Below, piece by piece: positions 1-12,900 of a DNA stretch of 64,000 bases (its first letter is position 1; each line of letters opens with the position of its first letter). A model generated the notes under the pieces. The model saw only the letters and a program-made list of their open reading frames with translations, was not told the origin of the DNA and ran no database searches. A program made the translations under genes and the position numbers. The DNA comes from an uncultured virus (IMG/VR IMGVR_UViG_3300026321_000001) (Duplodnaviria; Heunggongvirae; Uroviricota; Caudoviricetes): IMG/VR virus record IMGVR_UViG_3300026321_000001; one strand, 5' to 3'.

Positions 1-124
1 TCTCAATGGTATAATCTAGAGCATCATCAGCTTGATCATCGGAAATATTAATTTCCAACACAGGCTTACCCAATCTACGTAGGGCGTACTCCTTGAGAGT
101 TGCTTTTGAATTTGGTTGTGCCAT
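1..124 (-). CDS. gp13: Neck protein gp13, N-terminal part (runs off the window)
   Basis: Manual translation from ATG at 124: MAQPNSKATLKEYALRRLGKPVLEINISDDQADDALDYTIE, matching the T4-like gp13 N-terminus (LRRLG.P...IN). Located after the baseplate/fibre genes as expected. Confidence 0.85.
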   Translation of the reverse strand, partial: MAQPNSKATLKEYALRRLGKPVLEINISDDQADDALDYTIE

Positions 125-128
125 TTAC

Positions 129-3100
129 TTATCTTGATAGAGCAGCGAGTGCAGCCTTAAGGTGTGCGACGGTTGTGATACTTGCGTCATTACCAATAGC
201 ATTCAATTCAGTGTAAATTGAATCAATGTCAGTATCATTGGTTCCTGCCTGTGTGCCTTGTGCAGCAGTTGCATATGCAGTAGAGGCAGTGGTAGCAGCA
301 GTGCCTAATCCAAGGGTTGTCCTTGCAGTAGCAGCATCTGCATCATCAATCAGAGTGCCACCAAATGTACTTACAGCAGACGCAGCGAGTGCGTTGTCAG
401 CAGTGGTACCTTGTGCAGCAGTAGCAAAGTCTCCTGTAGCAGCGACAGCAGCAGTGCCTAAACCAATAGTGGTTCTGACAGCAGCAGCATCTGCGTCATC
501 GATGATAGTTGCACCAAAGGCAGATACACCTGAAGCAGCGAAAGCAGCATCAGCAGTAGCACCCTGTGCAGCAGTAGCGAATGCTCCAGATGCTTCAGTA
601 GCAGCAGTGCCAAGTCCAAGTGTGGTTCTGGCAGTAGCAGCGTCTGCGTCATCTACTAGGGTTGCACCATATGCACTAACAGCAGAAGATGCAAGTTTCG
701 TTTCTACAGCAGTCTCAAGATCTTGTAATGCACCCTTAGTGGTCTCACTATCAGCGATAGTAGATCCTGTGAAGGTACCAAGATCATCAGATGCAGCAGA
801 TACACCAGTCAATGTGATGAGGTGATCTACATCTAAGGATGCCTTAGTGGACTTGGTGATACTGAATACACCAGTACTTGAGTTATAATTAAGATCTCCA
901 CTAGCAGAAACGTGTCCACGAGTTCTTGCAGCAGTGGTAAACAGATTAGTGCTTCCCTCTGTTACATTGTCTGTGTCAATATCTGCTTGTGTTACAGATA
1001 GAGCACCCGAACCATCGTGTGTAATACCTGTACCATATGTGAAGTGAGTTCTAGTTCTAGCAGCAGTTGTAAAGAGGTTAGTAGAACCTTCAGTTACATT
1101 GTCTGTGTCTATGTCTGCCTGTGTGACAGATAGTTGTCCACCACCAGACAACGCAATACCCGTTCCGTAGGTAAAGTGTGTCCTTGATCGAGCAGCAGTG
1201 GTGAACAGGTTAGTGCTACCTTCAGTTACGTTATCAGTATCAATATCTGCTTGTGTAACTGTTAGTGTATAGGTGTTAGCAGCGTCATCATAGACCTTAG
1301 TAATACCTGTACCAGCGGTAAACAAGTTATTAACCCTGTCATCTACACGTTCATCAGTGAAGTAAAGATTAGTAGAACCTTCAGTCAATGCGTCAGTATT
1401 ATGGTTACTGATGTCACCAACCTGTGACTGACCATAAGTAATGGTTCCAGTAATGTTCATATTACCTTGAACTTCAAAGTTCGTGGTAGATAGGAAGTTA
1501 CTTACAGATAGAGTGTTAGAGAATGGGTTGTAGGTAAGGTTAGCAGAGTCAGTATATACTCCAGCATTACCAGTGTTCGCACCCATAAATGCAGGGTAGA
1601 ACAGAGTGTTATTGTTAGTATTAGTAACTGCTACCTGAGTTGCAGTATCAGCGTTACCTGTTAGAGCACCAGTTACATTACCTGTGATCTGACCTGTTAC
1701 TCCAAGAGTTCCACCCAAGGTTACAGCGTCATCAACATTAAGTGTTCCTTTGATATCTGTGTTACCAGATGCAGCAAGGATAGATGCTTTAACTCCACCA
1801 GATCCACCAACAGAGAAGTTACCACCAACGAATGCTTTCTTAGCAACTGACAAACCACCATCAGTGGAGACAGATGCAAGAGCATCATTATAAGCAGAGG
1901 AATCTGTTGTATTATCTGCTTGGACTAAACCTGCGAATGTTGCAGCACCTGCTGTTACATCAATACCAGCATTGAAATCTGCATTACCATCAACGTTCAG
2001 AGTTGAATCGAAGTCAACTGCGTTAGTTACTCCTAGAGTACCTTCAGTAGTTGTGTTACCAGTTGCAGAAGCAACTTGGAACTTCGTACCGTTAACGTTA
2101 AATGAACCAGTTAGGTTCAGGGTTGATTGAAGTGCAGCAACACCAGATGCTGTGATAGCAGCAAAGTTAGATGCTTGAGTTACTCCAAGAGTACCAGAGA
2201 TCGCTGTGTTACCTGTAGGACCATCAACTGTAAATGTTCCAGCACCTACATCAAGATCATCTCCAATCCAAATTTTCTTAGTTACTGCTAAACCACCAGC
2301 GGTGTAAAGAGAAGCAGTATTATCTGTAGCACTGACAGAATCTTCAGTACTATTTGCACGAACAACTTCAACAAAGTTAGTTACACCTGCTACATCTAGA
2401 GTTCCATCTAGTTGAGAGTTGGTATAAACTCTGAGATCTCCTGAGACAGCAGCGTTCTTACCAATAGAAGCACCACCAGTTAATCTAAGAGCACCATCAC
2501 TAGCATAGCTTGAAGTAACTCCTGCTTGCTGAGTGCTTGTAGCAGTAATAATTCCAGTAACACCAAATGTGTTTGTTACATTAGTTGCACCATTTACATC
2601 CAGAGTTCCATCAACTACTGTATTACCAGAGGCAGCAGCAACTGTGAACTTAGTGGAGTTAATATCAAAATCTCCAAGGATGGTACCAGTACCACTAACT
2701 GTTAAATTAGATCCAGCTCCAGTTATATTGACTGAAGAAGATAGAGTTGAAATACCAGAGACAGCTAAAGTTCCTTCAATATTAGTATTACCACTTGAAG
2801 CGAAGACTTTAAACTTAGGTGTCCCACTATTTCTAACTGCAAAGTCTGCATCAATAACAGTTAAACCATCAATACTAACATTACCATCAATAGTAGTATT
2901 ACCTGTTACGTCTAGATTCTCTCCGACGAATAGACTTAATCCAACACCTGCACCACCACCAACGATGAGAGCACCACTTGAAGCAGTAGTTGCATTAGTT
3001 GTATCAAATAGTTTAATACTACCTGCATCAATACCTGAGCGAGTACCACCAAATACTTCAGCAGTGTTAGTAGCAGCGTGATAAACAGCGAACCTAGATG

Positions 3101-6100
3101 CTGAATCATCCCATCCGAAGAATCCAATCTTAGCAGCAGAATCATAATATCTAAATTCTATACCACGGTCTTTGTTGTCATCAGTGCTAGGAGCAGTGTC
3201 TCCACCCAGTGTCATCACAGGGTCATCTAACTGAGTAACAGTTGTATTGAATGTTGTTGTAGTACCATTAACTGTGAGGTCTCCTTCAACAGTTGCGTTA
3301 CCACCTACATTCAAATCTTGTCCAGCAGCAAGAGTTACAGGGGAATTAAATTGAGATGTTGCTTCAACGGTTAAAGCATCGCCTGTAGCGTCACCGATAG
3401 TGGTTTGAGATCCAGTGATATTAACTTCACGATTAAATGTTGCATCACCGTGAACGGTTAATGTACCAGCAGCATTAGTACCAGCACCATTACGTCCAAT
3501 AATAGTGTTACCTACATTGTTTACAGCGAACTCAATGTTATCTGTGGTTGCTTTCTTACCAACGTATAGGTTGTCACCAATATGAAGGTCAGTTGCTATA
3601 CCAGCACCACCAAATGATCTAAAGTTGGAATCATTATCCTGTGCAAATGATGGTGTCTTAGCTGATGTAACACCAGTTCTGAATTTATATCTTACTCTTA
3701 AGTAGTTCTGTGTGTTGAATGTTTCAGTAGAACCTAAGTCTTTCTCATTGATAGTACCGTTAACATACAGGTCATTAGCAAAGAGAATATCTCCAGCAAC
3801 ATAACCACCACCGTCTACTCGTAAAGCACCGTAGTCGGTAGAACCAATGATATAGTTGTTACTACCATCAGTGGTAATTGTAGGTGTGTCTGTAGATTCA
3901 AAGTGAATAAGACTTGCTACATTTAGAGTACCTTCAATATCTGTGTTACCAGATGTACTTTGTACAACAAATCTATCAGCAGATCCATTGTTTAACTTAA
4001 GTGTCTTACCAGTTGTATCAATGATAATGTCATTATGTGATGTTGTGACACCATCTATTTCAACGTTTGCGTTAAGGTCTGTCTTACCATCAACGTTGAG
4101 TGTAGTGTCAAAGTCCACCCCTTGCTTAACGTTAAGTGTCCCCTCAGTAATTGTATTACCATTATCGGAATCGACAACGAACTGAGTAGCACCAGCATTA
4201 TTCTTAACTGCAAATTCTTTAGCATCAGCTTGAACGTATAGATTATCAGTTACAGTTGATTCAAGTTGTACATCAAGAGTTCCCTCTATAACAGTGTTAC
4301 CATTGTCTGTATCAACAGTAAACTTATCTACTCCAGCAGCATTCTGTACTGCAAACTCTTTATTATCTGCCTTTACAATTACATTATTATTAACTTCTGT
4401 CTGTCCAGCGATGGTAACTGTACCACCTACGTGAGCATTTTGAGAAAGACCTAAACCACCAGTTACCACCAACGTCCCCGTCGTGGTTGAGGTTGATCCT
4501 GTGTTTGTTGTGAGTCTGAGGTTACCAGCAATGAGAGGAGCGTCAGTGCCAGTGAAAACTTCAGAGGTGTTAGTGGCGTTGAGGAGGAACCTAAACCCGC
4601 CAGTGCCAGACCATATGTTAGCGTCTGCGTAATCTTCGTCGTATCCATAGAAACCTACCCTCGCTTGTGAATCATAATAAGAGAACTCTACACCACGATC
4701 TTTATTATCGTCTGAACCTGGAGCTGTGTCTCCACCAAGTACAAATATAGGATCGTCAATTGTAACTACAGTACTATTAACTGTTGTTGTAGTACCATCA
4801 ACTTGAAGGTTACCACGAACTTGAAGTGTTCCAGATGCAGTATCATCATCACCTGGATCTAATACCATAGTAGCATTAGTGCTACTTAAAACATTATCTT
4901 GGAACTGATATCCTTCTACAAGAACTCTATTGGATACATTAGTAGCAGAGATTGTAATATCTTCGTCTGCTGTGATGTTAATCTTTGCAGTACCTGAACC
5001 TGCGTTCTCTGAGATAATATCCAGAGTCCTATCAGTAGCAGAGTTTACATTATGATGGATCTTAAGAGATCCAGCAGTCCTTTCAATAGTCTGCAATGGA
5101 CTACTGCCAGGTCTATCTAATTTAATAGACGCGCCACTAATATTAGTGTCAACATTAATGTCAACCCCACCAGCACCAGTATTATCGGTGTTATTAGCAC
5201 TGAAAAGAAGACCACCAGAGGTGTCATTAACCTTGACGTAGTTAAGGTAATCAAATCCAGTGTTACCAGTGGCAGTAGTAAGTTCATTATCTAATTCAAA
5301 ATCCTGAACGGTATTACCGTCAGTGAATGTAAGTTTATTATTTTGTAGCTGTGTATTATCAACACCAGCAAGAGCAATAGTTACGTGACCATTAGCATCA
5401 ACGTCAAAATCTTCTTGTGCAAATGATGCAAGACCTTTCTGTTCTACACCAACGTTATTAAGGAATCTCCATCCACTTACATCTCCAGTGGTATGAGCAG
5501 GTTCTCCACCACCAGCAGCAATATCTTGGATTGCCTGATATACCTTAGAATTTGCTTCTAATATGGCATAACGGCTATAGGTTGTACCAGCATTATAAGT
5601 ATCGTACTTAGAACCCTGTGTTGCTGTGGCAATAGGTACGTTCTCTGCTAAGGTAACACGACCATATCTATCAACACTAAACTTAACAGCGTTAACAGTT
5701 TCTGTACCATATGGTTCTGAGTTACTACCAGCAGAATTAACAGATGTTAATGATTCAACGTTATATGAACCAACAACAACTGCTGTGTCAGCAAGGTCAA
5801 TAAATGGGTTCTGTGAACTACCATCAGGTACTGTAAATATTAAACGTCCAGCACCACCAGTTAATGTTCTGGTCATCACGTTACCAACAGAGGTACGTGT
5901 AAGAAGACCAAGTGATGTTAAGCCAGCAATTGCTGATAACTCGTCGTCAAGAGGTTGAGCATCAGTAATACCATAATTAGCAAGAGTAGAAGCAAGCTCA
6001 GCACCAATAACACGCCCCTGACTGTTAACACGAACCCTAGTATAGAGTGCATCAGCATTAGGGTTGTTGGGATCATAATGTGGAAGAGTTGTGATTAGAG

Positions 6101-6467
6101 AGAGGTCAGTAGTAAGTTCTAAGTTCTGAGAACCATCAAAAGAACCTGATCCAGTTACTTGTCCAGAGAGTTGGATCTGACGTGCGTTAGCAAGACGTGT
6201 TGATGTTGAGGCATTACCAATTAGAGTTGCAGTGACAGCACCAGCTTGGAAGTTACCGTCAGCATCCCTTTTAACAAGTGTATTAGCAGCGTTTGATTCT
6301 GTTTCTAGTGGTCGTTCATACTTTAGTGAGTTCCACGGTGTAACTCCATCACCAATTTTGATACGCGACGTATCGATCTCAATTCCCAACTCACCTTGTG
6401 CGAGAATGGGGTTGATGTTCGCCCACTGTTGGGCACCATCACGTCGTAATTGTATTCTATTTGCCAT
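129..6467 (-). CDS. Long tail fibre / adhesin-like structural protein (2112 aa)
   Basis: N-terminus RIQLRRD...W...NPILAQGELGIEIDT.RIKIGDG resembles the Mtd-N / fibre anchor domain. Many G/T/N/D-rich beta repeats (KFxV...GNT.I.GTL.V), two DDP..LGGDTAP..DDNKDRG modules, and C-terminal tandem repeats. Late promoter upstream. Confidence 0.85.
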   Translation of the reverse strand: MANRIQLRRDGAQQWANINPILAQGELGIEIDTSRIKIGDGVTPWNSLKYERPLETESNAANTLVKRDADGNFQAGAVTATLIGNASTSTRLANARQIQLSGQVTGSGSFDGSQNLELTTDLSLITTLPHYDPNNPNADALYTRVRVNSQGRVIGAELASTLANYGITDAQPLDDELSAIAGLTSLGLLTRTSVGNVMTRTLTGGAGRLIFTVPDGSSQNPFIDLADTAVVVGSYNVESLTSVNSAGSNSEPYGTETVNAVKFSVDRYGRVTLAENVPIATATQGSKYDTYNAGTTYSRYAILEANSKVYQAIQDIAAGGGEPAHTTGDVSGWRFLNNVGVEQKGLASFAQEDFDVDANGHVTIALAGVDNTQLQNNKLTFTDGNTVQDFELDNELTTATGNTGFDYLNYVKVNDTSGGLLFSANNTDNTGAGGVDINVDTNISGASIKLDRPGSSPLQTIERTAGSLKIHHNVNSATDRTLDIISENAGSGTAKINITADEDITISATNVSNRVLVEGYQFQDNVLSSTNATMVLDPGDDDTASGTLQVRGNLQVDGTTTTVNSTVVTIDDPIFVLGGDTAPGSDDNKDRGVEFSYYDSQARVGFYGYDEDYADANIWSGTGGFRFLLNATNTSEVFTGTDAPLIAGNLRLTTNTGSTSTTTGTLVVTGGLGLSQNAHVGGTVTIAGQTEVNNNVIVKADNKEFAVQNAAGVDKFTVDTDNGNTVIEGTLDVQLESTVTDNLYVQADAKEFAVKNNAGATQFVVDSDNGNTITEGTLNVKQGVDFDTTLNVDGKTDLNANVEIDGVTTSHNDIIIDTTGKTLKLNNGSADRFVVQSTSGNTDIEGTLNVASLIHFESTDTPTITTDGSNNYIIGSTDYGALRVDGGGYVAGDILFANDLYVNGTINEKDLGSTETFNTQNYLRVRYKFRTGVTSAKTPSFAQDNDSNFRSFGGAGIATDLHIGDNLYVGKKATTDNIEFAVNNVGNTIIGRNGAGTNAAGTLTVHGDATFNREVNITGSQTTIGDATGDALTVEATSQFNSPVTLAAGQDLNVGGNATVEGDLTVNGTTTTFNTTVTQLDDPVMTLGGDTAPSTDDNKDRGIEFRYYDSAAKIGFFGWDDSASRFAVYHAATNTAEVFGGTRSGIDAGSIKLFDTTNATTASSGALIVGGGAGVGLSLFVGENLDVTGNTTIDGNVSIDGLTVIDADFAVRNSGTPKFKVFASSGNTNIEGTLAVSGISTLSSSVNITGAGSNLTVSGTGTILGDFDINSTKFTVAAASGNTVVDGTLDVNGATNVTNTFGVTGIITATSTQQAGVTSSYASDGALRLTGGASIGKNAAVSGDLRVYTNSQLDGTLDVAGVTNFVEVVRANSTEDSVSATDNTASLYTAGGLAVTKKIWIGDDLDVGAGTFTVDGPTGNTAISGTLGVTQASNFAAITASGVAALQSTLNLTGSFNVNGTKFQVASATGNTTTEGTLGVTNAVDFDSTLNVDGNADFNAGIDVTAGAATFAGLVQADNTTDSSAYNDALASVSTDGGLSVAKKAFVGGNFSVGGSGGVKASILAASGNTDIKGTLNVDDAVTLGGTLGVTGQITGNVTGALTGNADTATQVAVTNTNNNTLFYPAFMGANTGNAGVYTDSANLTYNPFSNTLSVSNFLSTTNFEVQGNMNITGTITYGQSQVGDISNHNTDALTEGSTNLYFTDERVDDRVNNLFTAGTGITKVYDDAANTYTLTVTQADIDTDNVTEGSTNLFTTAARSRTHFTYGTGIALSGGGQLSVTQADIDTDNVTEGSTNLFTTAARTRTHFTYGTGITHDGSGALSVTQADIDTDNVTEGSTNLFTTAARTRGHVSASGDLNYNSSTGVFSITKSTKASLDVDHLITLTGVSAASDDLGTFTGSTIADSETTKGALQDLETAVETKLASSAVSAYGATLVDDADAATARTTLGLGTAATEASGAFATAAQGATADAAFAASGVSAFGATIIDDADAAAVRTTIGLGTAAVAATGDFATAAQGTTADNALAASAVSTFGGTLIDDADAATARTTLGLGTAATTASTAYATAAQGTQAGTNDTDIDSIYTELNAIGNDASITTVAHLKAALAALSR
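260..700 (-). repeat. Three ~48-aa tandem repeats at the fibre C-terminus
   Basis: Three copies of S.FG.T.IDDADAA..RTT.GLGTAA..A....ATAAQG in the translation. Confidence 0.8.
915..1400 (-). repeat. Tandem TQADIDTDNVTEGSTNLFTTAAR repeats (3 near-identical copies plus 1 diverged) in the fibre
   Basis: Seen directly in the translation. Confidence 0.85.
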
Positions 6468-6509
6468 TGGTTAGGTCTCTAATCTGCACGGACAATATGC
6501 CTCTCAAGA

Positions 6510-6517
6510 TATTTATA
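6510..6517 (-). promoter_or_regulatory. T4-type late promoter TATAAATA for the tail fibre gene
   Basis: tatttata on + strand, about 45 bp upstream of the ATG at 6467. Confidence 0.75.
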
Positions 6518-6522
6518 ACCGT

Positions 6523-6546
6523 AAAAAAGGGACTCTTGCGAGTCCC
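6523..6546 (-). terminator. Rho-independent terminator
   Basis: Minus strand GGGACTC-GCAA-GAGTCCC followed by TTTTTT. Confidence 0.85.
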
Positions 6547-6552
6547 CTTCGT

Positions 6553-6765
6553 TTATTCTTCTGTGGTGACCTCGTTAACTTCCTCTCCAGGTTTGAGGAT
6601 ATACTCTAAAGTCTCGATCGCTCCTTGCAGTTTTAGTGCCTGTTGTTCATTAGATCGAATCTTTTGAGCCATTTTTTGGTTCTCTTCAACCATACTCGCT
6701 AATCGAGTCTTAAAATCGCCCAAGAGTTTTTCTTGATCGACGGTTTCAGGTTGGTCAGCAGTCAT
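6553..6765 (-). CDS. Small coiled-coil hypothetical protein
   Basis: 70-aa ORF coupled to the upstream gene by an ATGA overlap; heptad-like LKLQGAIETLE. Confidence 0.7.
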   Translation of the reverse strand: MTADQPETVDQEKLLGDFKTRLASMVEENQKMAQKIRSNEQQALKLQGAIETLEYILKPGEEVNEVTTEE

Positions 6766-6989
6766 AATTTTGTCTCCAAGTTTTTAATGAGTAAGGACTT
6801 AATCTCTGATATCTCAGATTTTAGCACATCGAGCTCTTCTTGCATAGAGTCGATCTTGCCATCCCGTTTTTTACGTGCTTTAGAAGCAGTACCAGGGGGT
6901 GTTTCCTTTGTATTTAGTACCGCACCAGAACGGGTATCCCGTACCAGTTCGGGTTTACCCTTCACGTGTAAGTATCTATTAGAGGTCAC
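6762..6989 (-). CDS. Small hypothetical protein with C-terminal coiled coil
   Basis: 75-aa ORF (VKG...LVRD..SGAVLN; LKSEISEIKSLL) filling the gap after the 2403-aa gene. The GTG start is uncertain. Confidence 0.65.
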   Translation of the reverse strand: MTSNRYLHVKGKPELVRDTRSGAVLNTKETPPGTASKARKKRDGKIDSMQEELDVLKSEISEIKSLLIKNLETKL

Positions 6990-9900
6990 TTAATGCCATT
7001 ACTCGAAGGTTCTTAATCTCAGGAACATAAGATTGGTTCTTAGAAGTCATTATAACCTTAATCTGTGCTACGTTAAATTCAGAACCACTATAAGTATATT
7101 CCAAATCTCTTAGCAGATAAGCTTCAGTCTTCTGTACCAACTTATCTTCTATACCGTTCCCATTGAAGTATGTATATCCTATCTCACTGAATGCGAGAGA
7201 TGTACCAACGGGTTGTATACGATACATAACGTAAATTTCAGTATCAGGATGTCTCCAAGCTTCAAACATAACCTTCAATGTATTAGCAGGTTGTAGAAGA
7301 TTGACGACTTTAGTAATGTAAACAGCATCATTTAGATCACCACTATTCTTCTCTGCATTAGAAGCAGTAGAAGTAAGGTTATTAATTCTATTTGATGTTG
7401 TAATGAGTGAACAACGATCTGTGTCAACAACAGGAGTAATATTCTTATTCGCTGTACTCAATAATAGTTGCATAGTAAGTGACTTGGAACCACTTAACTT
7501 AGCATCCTCATTAACTTTAGAACATACAAGTTTAGGGAATGTTAGATAGTTGTCTTCATTAGCAATACAGTCAAGATATACACCATCATTAATGAATGAT
7601 GCTTCATCAATATTATTACCATCAGTGATAGATGTTGCACTAACCGCATTCAAACGAGGAATAACATCTGTCTCTGGGAAGACATTCATCTGTAACTGAG
7701 GATAGAACTGTTCGAACTGAACGTTCTGTGTTGCAGTAATCTCAGAACCACCATTAGTAATACCATTGGTAGATACAGATGTAACTGCAACCTTATAAGA
7801 ATCTAATGTAGGTGAACCGATAGCAGTATGTAACTTATTAATTTCTACAAGAGGAATGCCATCAAGGTTATAACATTCAACAATACTTAATGAACTGTGT
7901 ATTAGAGCACTTGTTCCTGCTTTACCACGTGAACCTGAAGGTAATGTAATGATCTTACCATCAGCAGATATAGCACTATATTCAATGATCTCGTAGTGTT
8001 TTTGTCCTACTTCAGGATCACGAATTACCAGATAACCTGGGTTGCTAGTTCCTACAGCCGCACCATTTATTGTTGTATGGAATGCAGATGCATCATTAAT
8101 GTGTAATGAGAATGTACCAGAAACACCATCAGATGCTGTCAAACCATTAGTATGGTAAGCAGAGTCGATGATAGTAGGAGCAACTTCAGAAATTACACCA
8201 TCAAGTTTAACGTTGTTACCCTTATCGTGCATACAATGGTTTGCGTGCATCACTGTAATCTCAGTTGCTTGGTTATAGTATGAGATAGGAGCAGCAGGAT
8301 AATCATTAATATCATCACCAGTTATAGATACACCACCAGATGCGATAGTACCAGAACCAGTTGTAGATCCATCAGTATCCTGAGTGATAGCATCACCAAC
8401 AGCAAAGGTTCCTGTTACAGACTTAACTGAAACAACACCAGTACCAGATACCCATCCAGTAACCATAGCAGTTGCACCAGTACCATTTGTTAAGGTGTCA
8501 TCAGCATTGAATGTTCCTGTAACACCAGTTAGTGTTAGATCACCAAGTGATCTTGAAGATACTAATCTATAAATCCAGTTAGCACCAGACTGTACACCTT
8601 CTCTGAAGGTTCCATTTACATCATCAACAATTAGATAAGAGTTAGATGAACCTTGTACACCTTGTACAACCTGCCTGATAATAGCAGAAGGAACAGGTGA
8701 TGTATCTGTCTGTGTGACTTCAGCACCAATAGTATAGTTTGCTGTATGGTCTGAAAGAATAATTTTGATTTGGGGTTTTAAAGTCTTAATTGGGTTGCTT
8801 CGTAGTTCGGCGATACCACCGTTACCAATCGCTAGTTCTGAGTTATTGAATACAGCAGTACCACTTGTATTCTCAGGAAACTCTGCTTTATAAAGGTTAA
8901 ACTTAAGATCTTCGTACTGGTCAGCAGTCCACGTAGAAGCGTTCTGTGACTTGAATAGTACACCAGCATAAGGCTGTTCAGATATCGTTCTATCGTTAGT
9001 AACGTCATCCTCACCCATTCGTGAGATCCAAAGTTTGAATTCGTTAGAGTCAGAAAGAACAACTAAACAATATTCTCTGTTCTCAGTCACATATATTGGT
9101 GAGTTGAACGTGAACTTAGTTGCTACAGTTCCATTTTCAGATAAGTTTATCTGACTAGGAAGGAGAGTAACGTCACTGAAAGCAAGAACTTTAGTGGTAG
9201 GATAACCATTAGCCATCTCCCTAACTTGTACCGAGACTGGAATTCTCTGATCTTTTGTATTAAAGAATAATTCTGCACCTGTTAAAAACGCTCCTCCCTT
9301 AGATTCTACTAAGAATGACTGTGCTAGTGGGTCATACCAACCTGTGTCTCTGGTTGCAGTAGACTGGTCGTTAACAACTCTGTCTGATACAACTGTATCT
9401 CTTACAATATCTGCATTTCTAACTGCAAGGATGGTCTGTTGCTTGGTCTCGATAACTCCAGATGCAACATAATTAGCAGATGCAGCAGAGTCAACCTGTC
9501 CAGGAATCCTAGAGTCAGTATCAGAAGTTGTTAAACGAACGACACGAGTACCAGTTGCAAATCTTGGGTTAGTGGAAACACCTGGATTAGGTATCCACAT
9601 AATGCCTTCCATATCACCATTAGTGTTTGCAATCAAACGCTTCGTCTTAACAACAGCACGTGCACCAGAGGTTTGTCCTACAAGGATCTCAGTCTCTAAT
9701 GGGTTACCATAGAAAGAACCAGCAACTGTCTCAGACATTGTTTGAGTATCAATGTTGAGTAATGGTGTAGTAGATGCATAAGATGTTGGTAGTTCACTCT
9801 GATCATAAGGTGATAGTCCATCATCAAATCCTGTCTCAGGTGTAACTATCTTAAGTCTACATCCAGATGTCTGTCCAATAACAGTTTCACCAGTAACAAA

Positions 9901-12900
9901 TGGTGTGTTATTAGTACGAGTATCATCGACTGGGTTCTTAATAACCTCAATCAATCTTGGTGTAGTATAGAAGTTTACATCTACGTTATCAATGAAAGAA
10001 TAGAATCTTGTATTAGGCTTAAGACGCTGAATCTTAAATGCAACGTTTCTTGAACGAATGAATGGAACTACTGTTCTTTCAATCGTCTTATCTCCTAATG
10101 ACTGACGGTCAACACGTGGAGTAATGATAGTTCTAATACCAGATCTTGTCTGTGATCTAGTAGTATTAGTTGTGGTTGTAGTGATCCTTCTAATATATGG
10201 CCAAGAACCTCTACGCATTGTTCTGGTATCTGTTCTACTGGAGTTAGAAGTCCAGTTAGTTCTCCAAGAGTTCCATTGAGTTGGAACGAAACCTGTGTTA
10301 GTGTCTCCACCAAATCTTTGAACCTGTGCAGTGAAGTCACCTTCTAAGTTTACAACTTTGTCTGGAGCACGACGTGTATCTACCCAGTCATCAGATGATG
10401 GGAATAAATCTAATCTACCAATGTAAGCAAACACGTTGAATGGGTTTACATTCTCTACACGTGATGCATATGGTTGGATAATAAATGCTTTCTCTTCATA
10501 TGGAAGAGTCAAAGTACCAACATTATGAATTTGAACTGCACTAGATCCACTAGCACTGTATTGTAGTGCTACGTTAGTGGTATAGTGAGAAGCACGTAAC
10601 TTACCTTCTGCAAAAGATACAGCACAAGCAAAATCTTCGTGAAGTGTTTCTGCTGAATCGAACGAACTGAAGTCATCTACAAGGAAACCATTCTTAAACT
10701 TATCGAATCCATCACTATCTTTAACAGATAGAGATGCAGTTTCTAATTCAAGTAGGTTCAATGCAGTGTAGTACTCAAGATTATCAACACGTCTTTCAAT
10801 TAGACCGATGTCACGCATCGTGAAACGACGGTTGTTTTCTCTAACAATGTGTACTCCTTCTGGACCGTAACCATAAGGTTCGTGATACAGAGTAGCAAGT
10901 AACATTGCATTATCAATATTTGCAGGTATGTCATCAGACTCACCTGGAACACCCCTAACGATCTTGAATTGTTGCTGATCAGTTAAGAATAGTTTGTCAA
11001 TTCTGCTGACATAATAGTCATAGTCACAACGGAAGTCAGACTCTGGCTTAGGAATGTCAATAATAGTAGCGTTATTTGATACACCACCAGAGGAGAATCC
11101 TCTATCTTTAAAGTCAAGTGATGCACAGTTAACATAGTATGGTGATCCAACAGTACCTGAACCTGACAATACAGGAGTTACAGCAGGTCTAAAGTCAAGA
11201 ACATCTCTGAGTTCTCTAGTTTCACCATTAAATTGAATACTTGGGATGTTGGAATAATCGATACCAACATAGGACTGTGCAGCAAAGTAGTCACCCGTTG
11301 CTTCGTGGGTGAATCTGTTGAACACAATCATTAACTTACGAAGAGGTGCACTAGCAGAACTGTATCTTATTAGTTTACCAATATCATAATAGTGACCTAA
11401 CTGGTTAGGATCAAGGTAGAAGTTGTCAGTAATGTTACGTGAACCATTGTTAATAGATCCATCAGCATCATTAACTAGACCCATAAGAACATTTCCAGCA
11501 GCATCGAAACCAGTAATAGTTTCACCTAGAGCAAAGAAATTATCGTTCTCGTAAACAAAGTGGCAGACATATGAAACAGAGTTAAAGTTTACAACTCTTG
11601 CCTTTGCCTTAGATGTTGCACCTTCTATCACAGTACCTTTCTGGAAGATGGTGGCATCCTGCATCGTTAGATGAGGAATAATAGCAGCATTATCATCATT
11701 AGATTCGTAGACAGCGTGAACCCGATAGACATCAGTAGATCCCAAAGAAACTTCTTCGTCCTCAATACGTGTTCCATAAAGTGAACCGTATGTTAAACCA
11801 TATTTGATGTTGTCAGAAGAGTTAGCAGTACGCTCAACCTTCATAACTTCCATCTCAGTAGCATTCTTTAACTTCTTCTCTGCTTGGTTCTTAGAAACTG
11901 ATGTAATCAATCTTGCAGATGTAACACCAGTAAGACCTGTTACAGTCAAAGATGTTCTAGGTGTACCAGTTGTATTAAATGTATGAGAGCTCTCCATATC
12001 AATCACTGTTCCTGCTGTAGGAGCAAGTGATACTAACTGATAATGATCCTTATCATATGCAAGGAACTGTTCATCAGCAGGTAGAGAGATTGTAAAGTCA
12101 TTAGCACCAGTAACAGTTATATCATCAAAGGCACGTGCAACGATTGCTGATTCGTCAGCAATTGACTTTATAGATGCTTTAGGCATCTCAATCATAAGGT
12201 CAGCAGTCTCATTATCATAGATTTGAGGTCTACGACGAACTATGAAACCATAGTTAGCAGCAGCAATAGCGTTACCACTATATGCAGCAGATGTAGCACT
12301 AGTAATCTGATTATCAATATTAGTAGAAACAATACTGATGAGATCAATTTGCTGCTCATCAGAACCATTAACGGTTAAAACATCACCTGGTCTTATATCC
12401 AATGTGAAGTTTGACTGTGTACCAGTTAGGGTACCAGTAGCACCACTAGAACTAACGTTAAAGTTAGTACCAGCAATAACTGTTTCTTGATCTAATAAGA
12501 AGTCTCCAGCAAAGATGATAGCGTTTGTATCAGGGTCTTTACCAGTTATACCCTTAGCATCAGTGATTTCGTACTTATAGTAATCACTAAGAGTACCAAT
12601 TTCTACACCATCACGCTCAATAACTTCACCGTCTCGGAAAGTACCATAGACTTGGTATACCTTAATTAGATCTACACCGTTGTAATCGGCTTCTACAAAT
12701 GCTTTTGCTTTGGAACTACGTCCTCTAATAACGTGTCCCTGTGCAAGAGTTACAGCATTACTCAACTTCATCAGTGTTAGTGGCTGTAAGTCAAACACAT
12801 ATGCTTTAAATACGGTTGCCTGAGCATTAACAGTAGTACCATTATGATACTCAAATGATGCAACACGTCCATAACCAATGATATTACCTGAAGCGGTTAG

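Noticed and set aside
4463..4660. Locally GC-richer patch in the fibre gene as a recent recombination tract
   Set aside because: Too short to distinguish from noise without computation.
129..6467. Diversity-generating retroelement suggested by the Mtd-N-like fibre N-terminus
   Set aside because: No reverse transcriptase in the window, no TR/VR pair differing at adenines seen, and no C-type lectin-like C-terminus.
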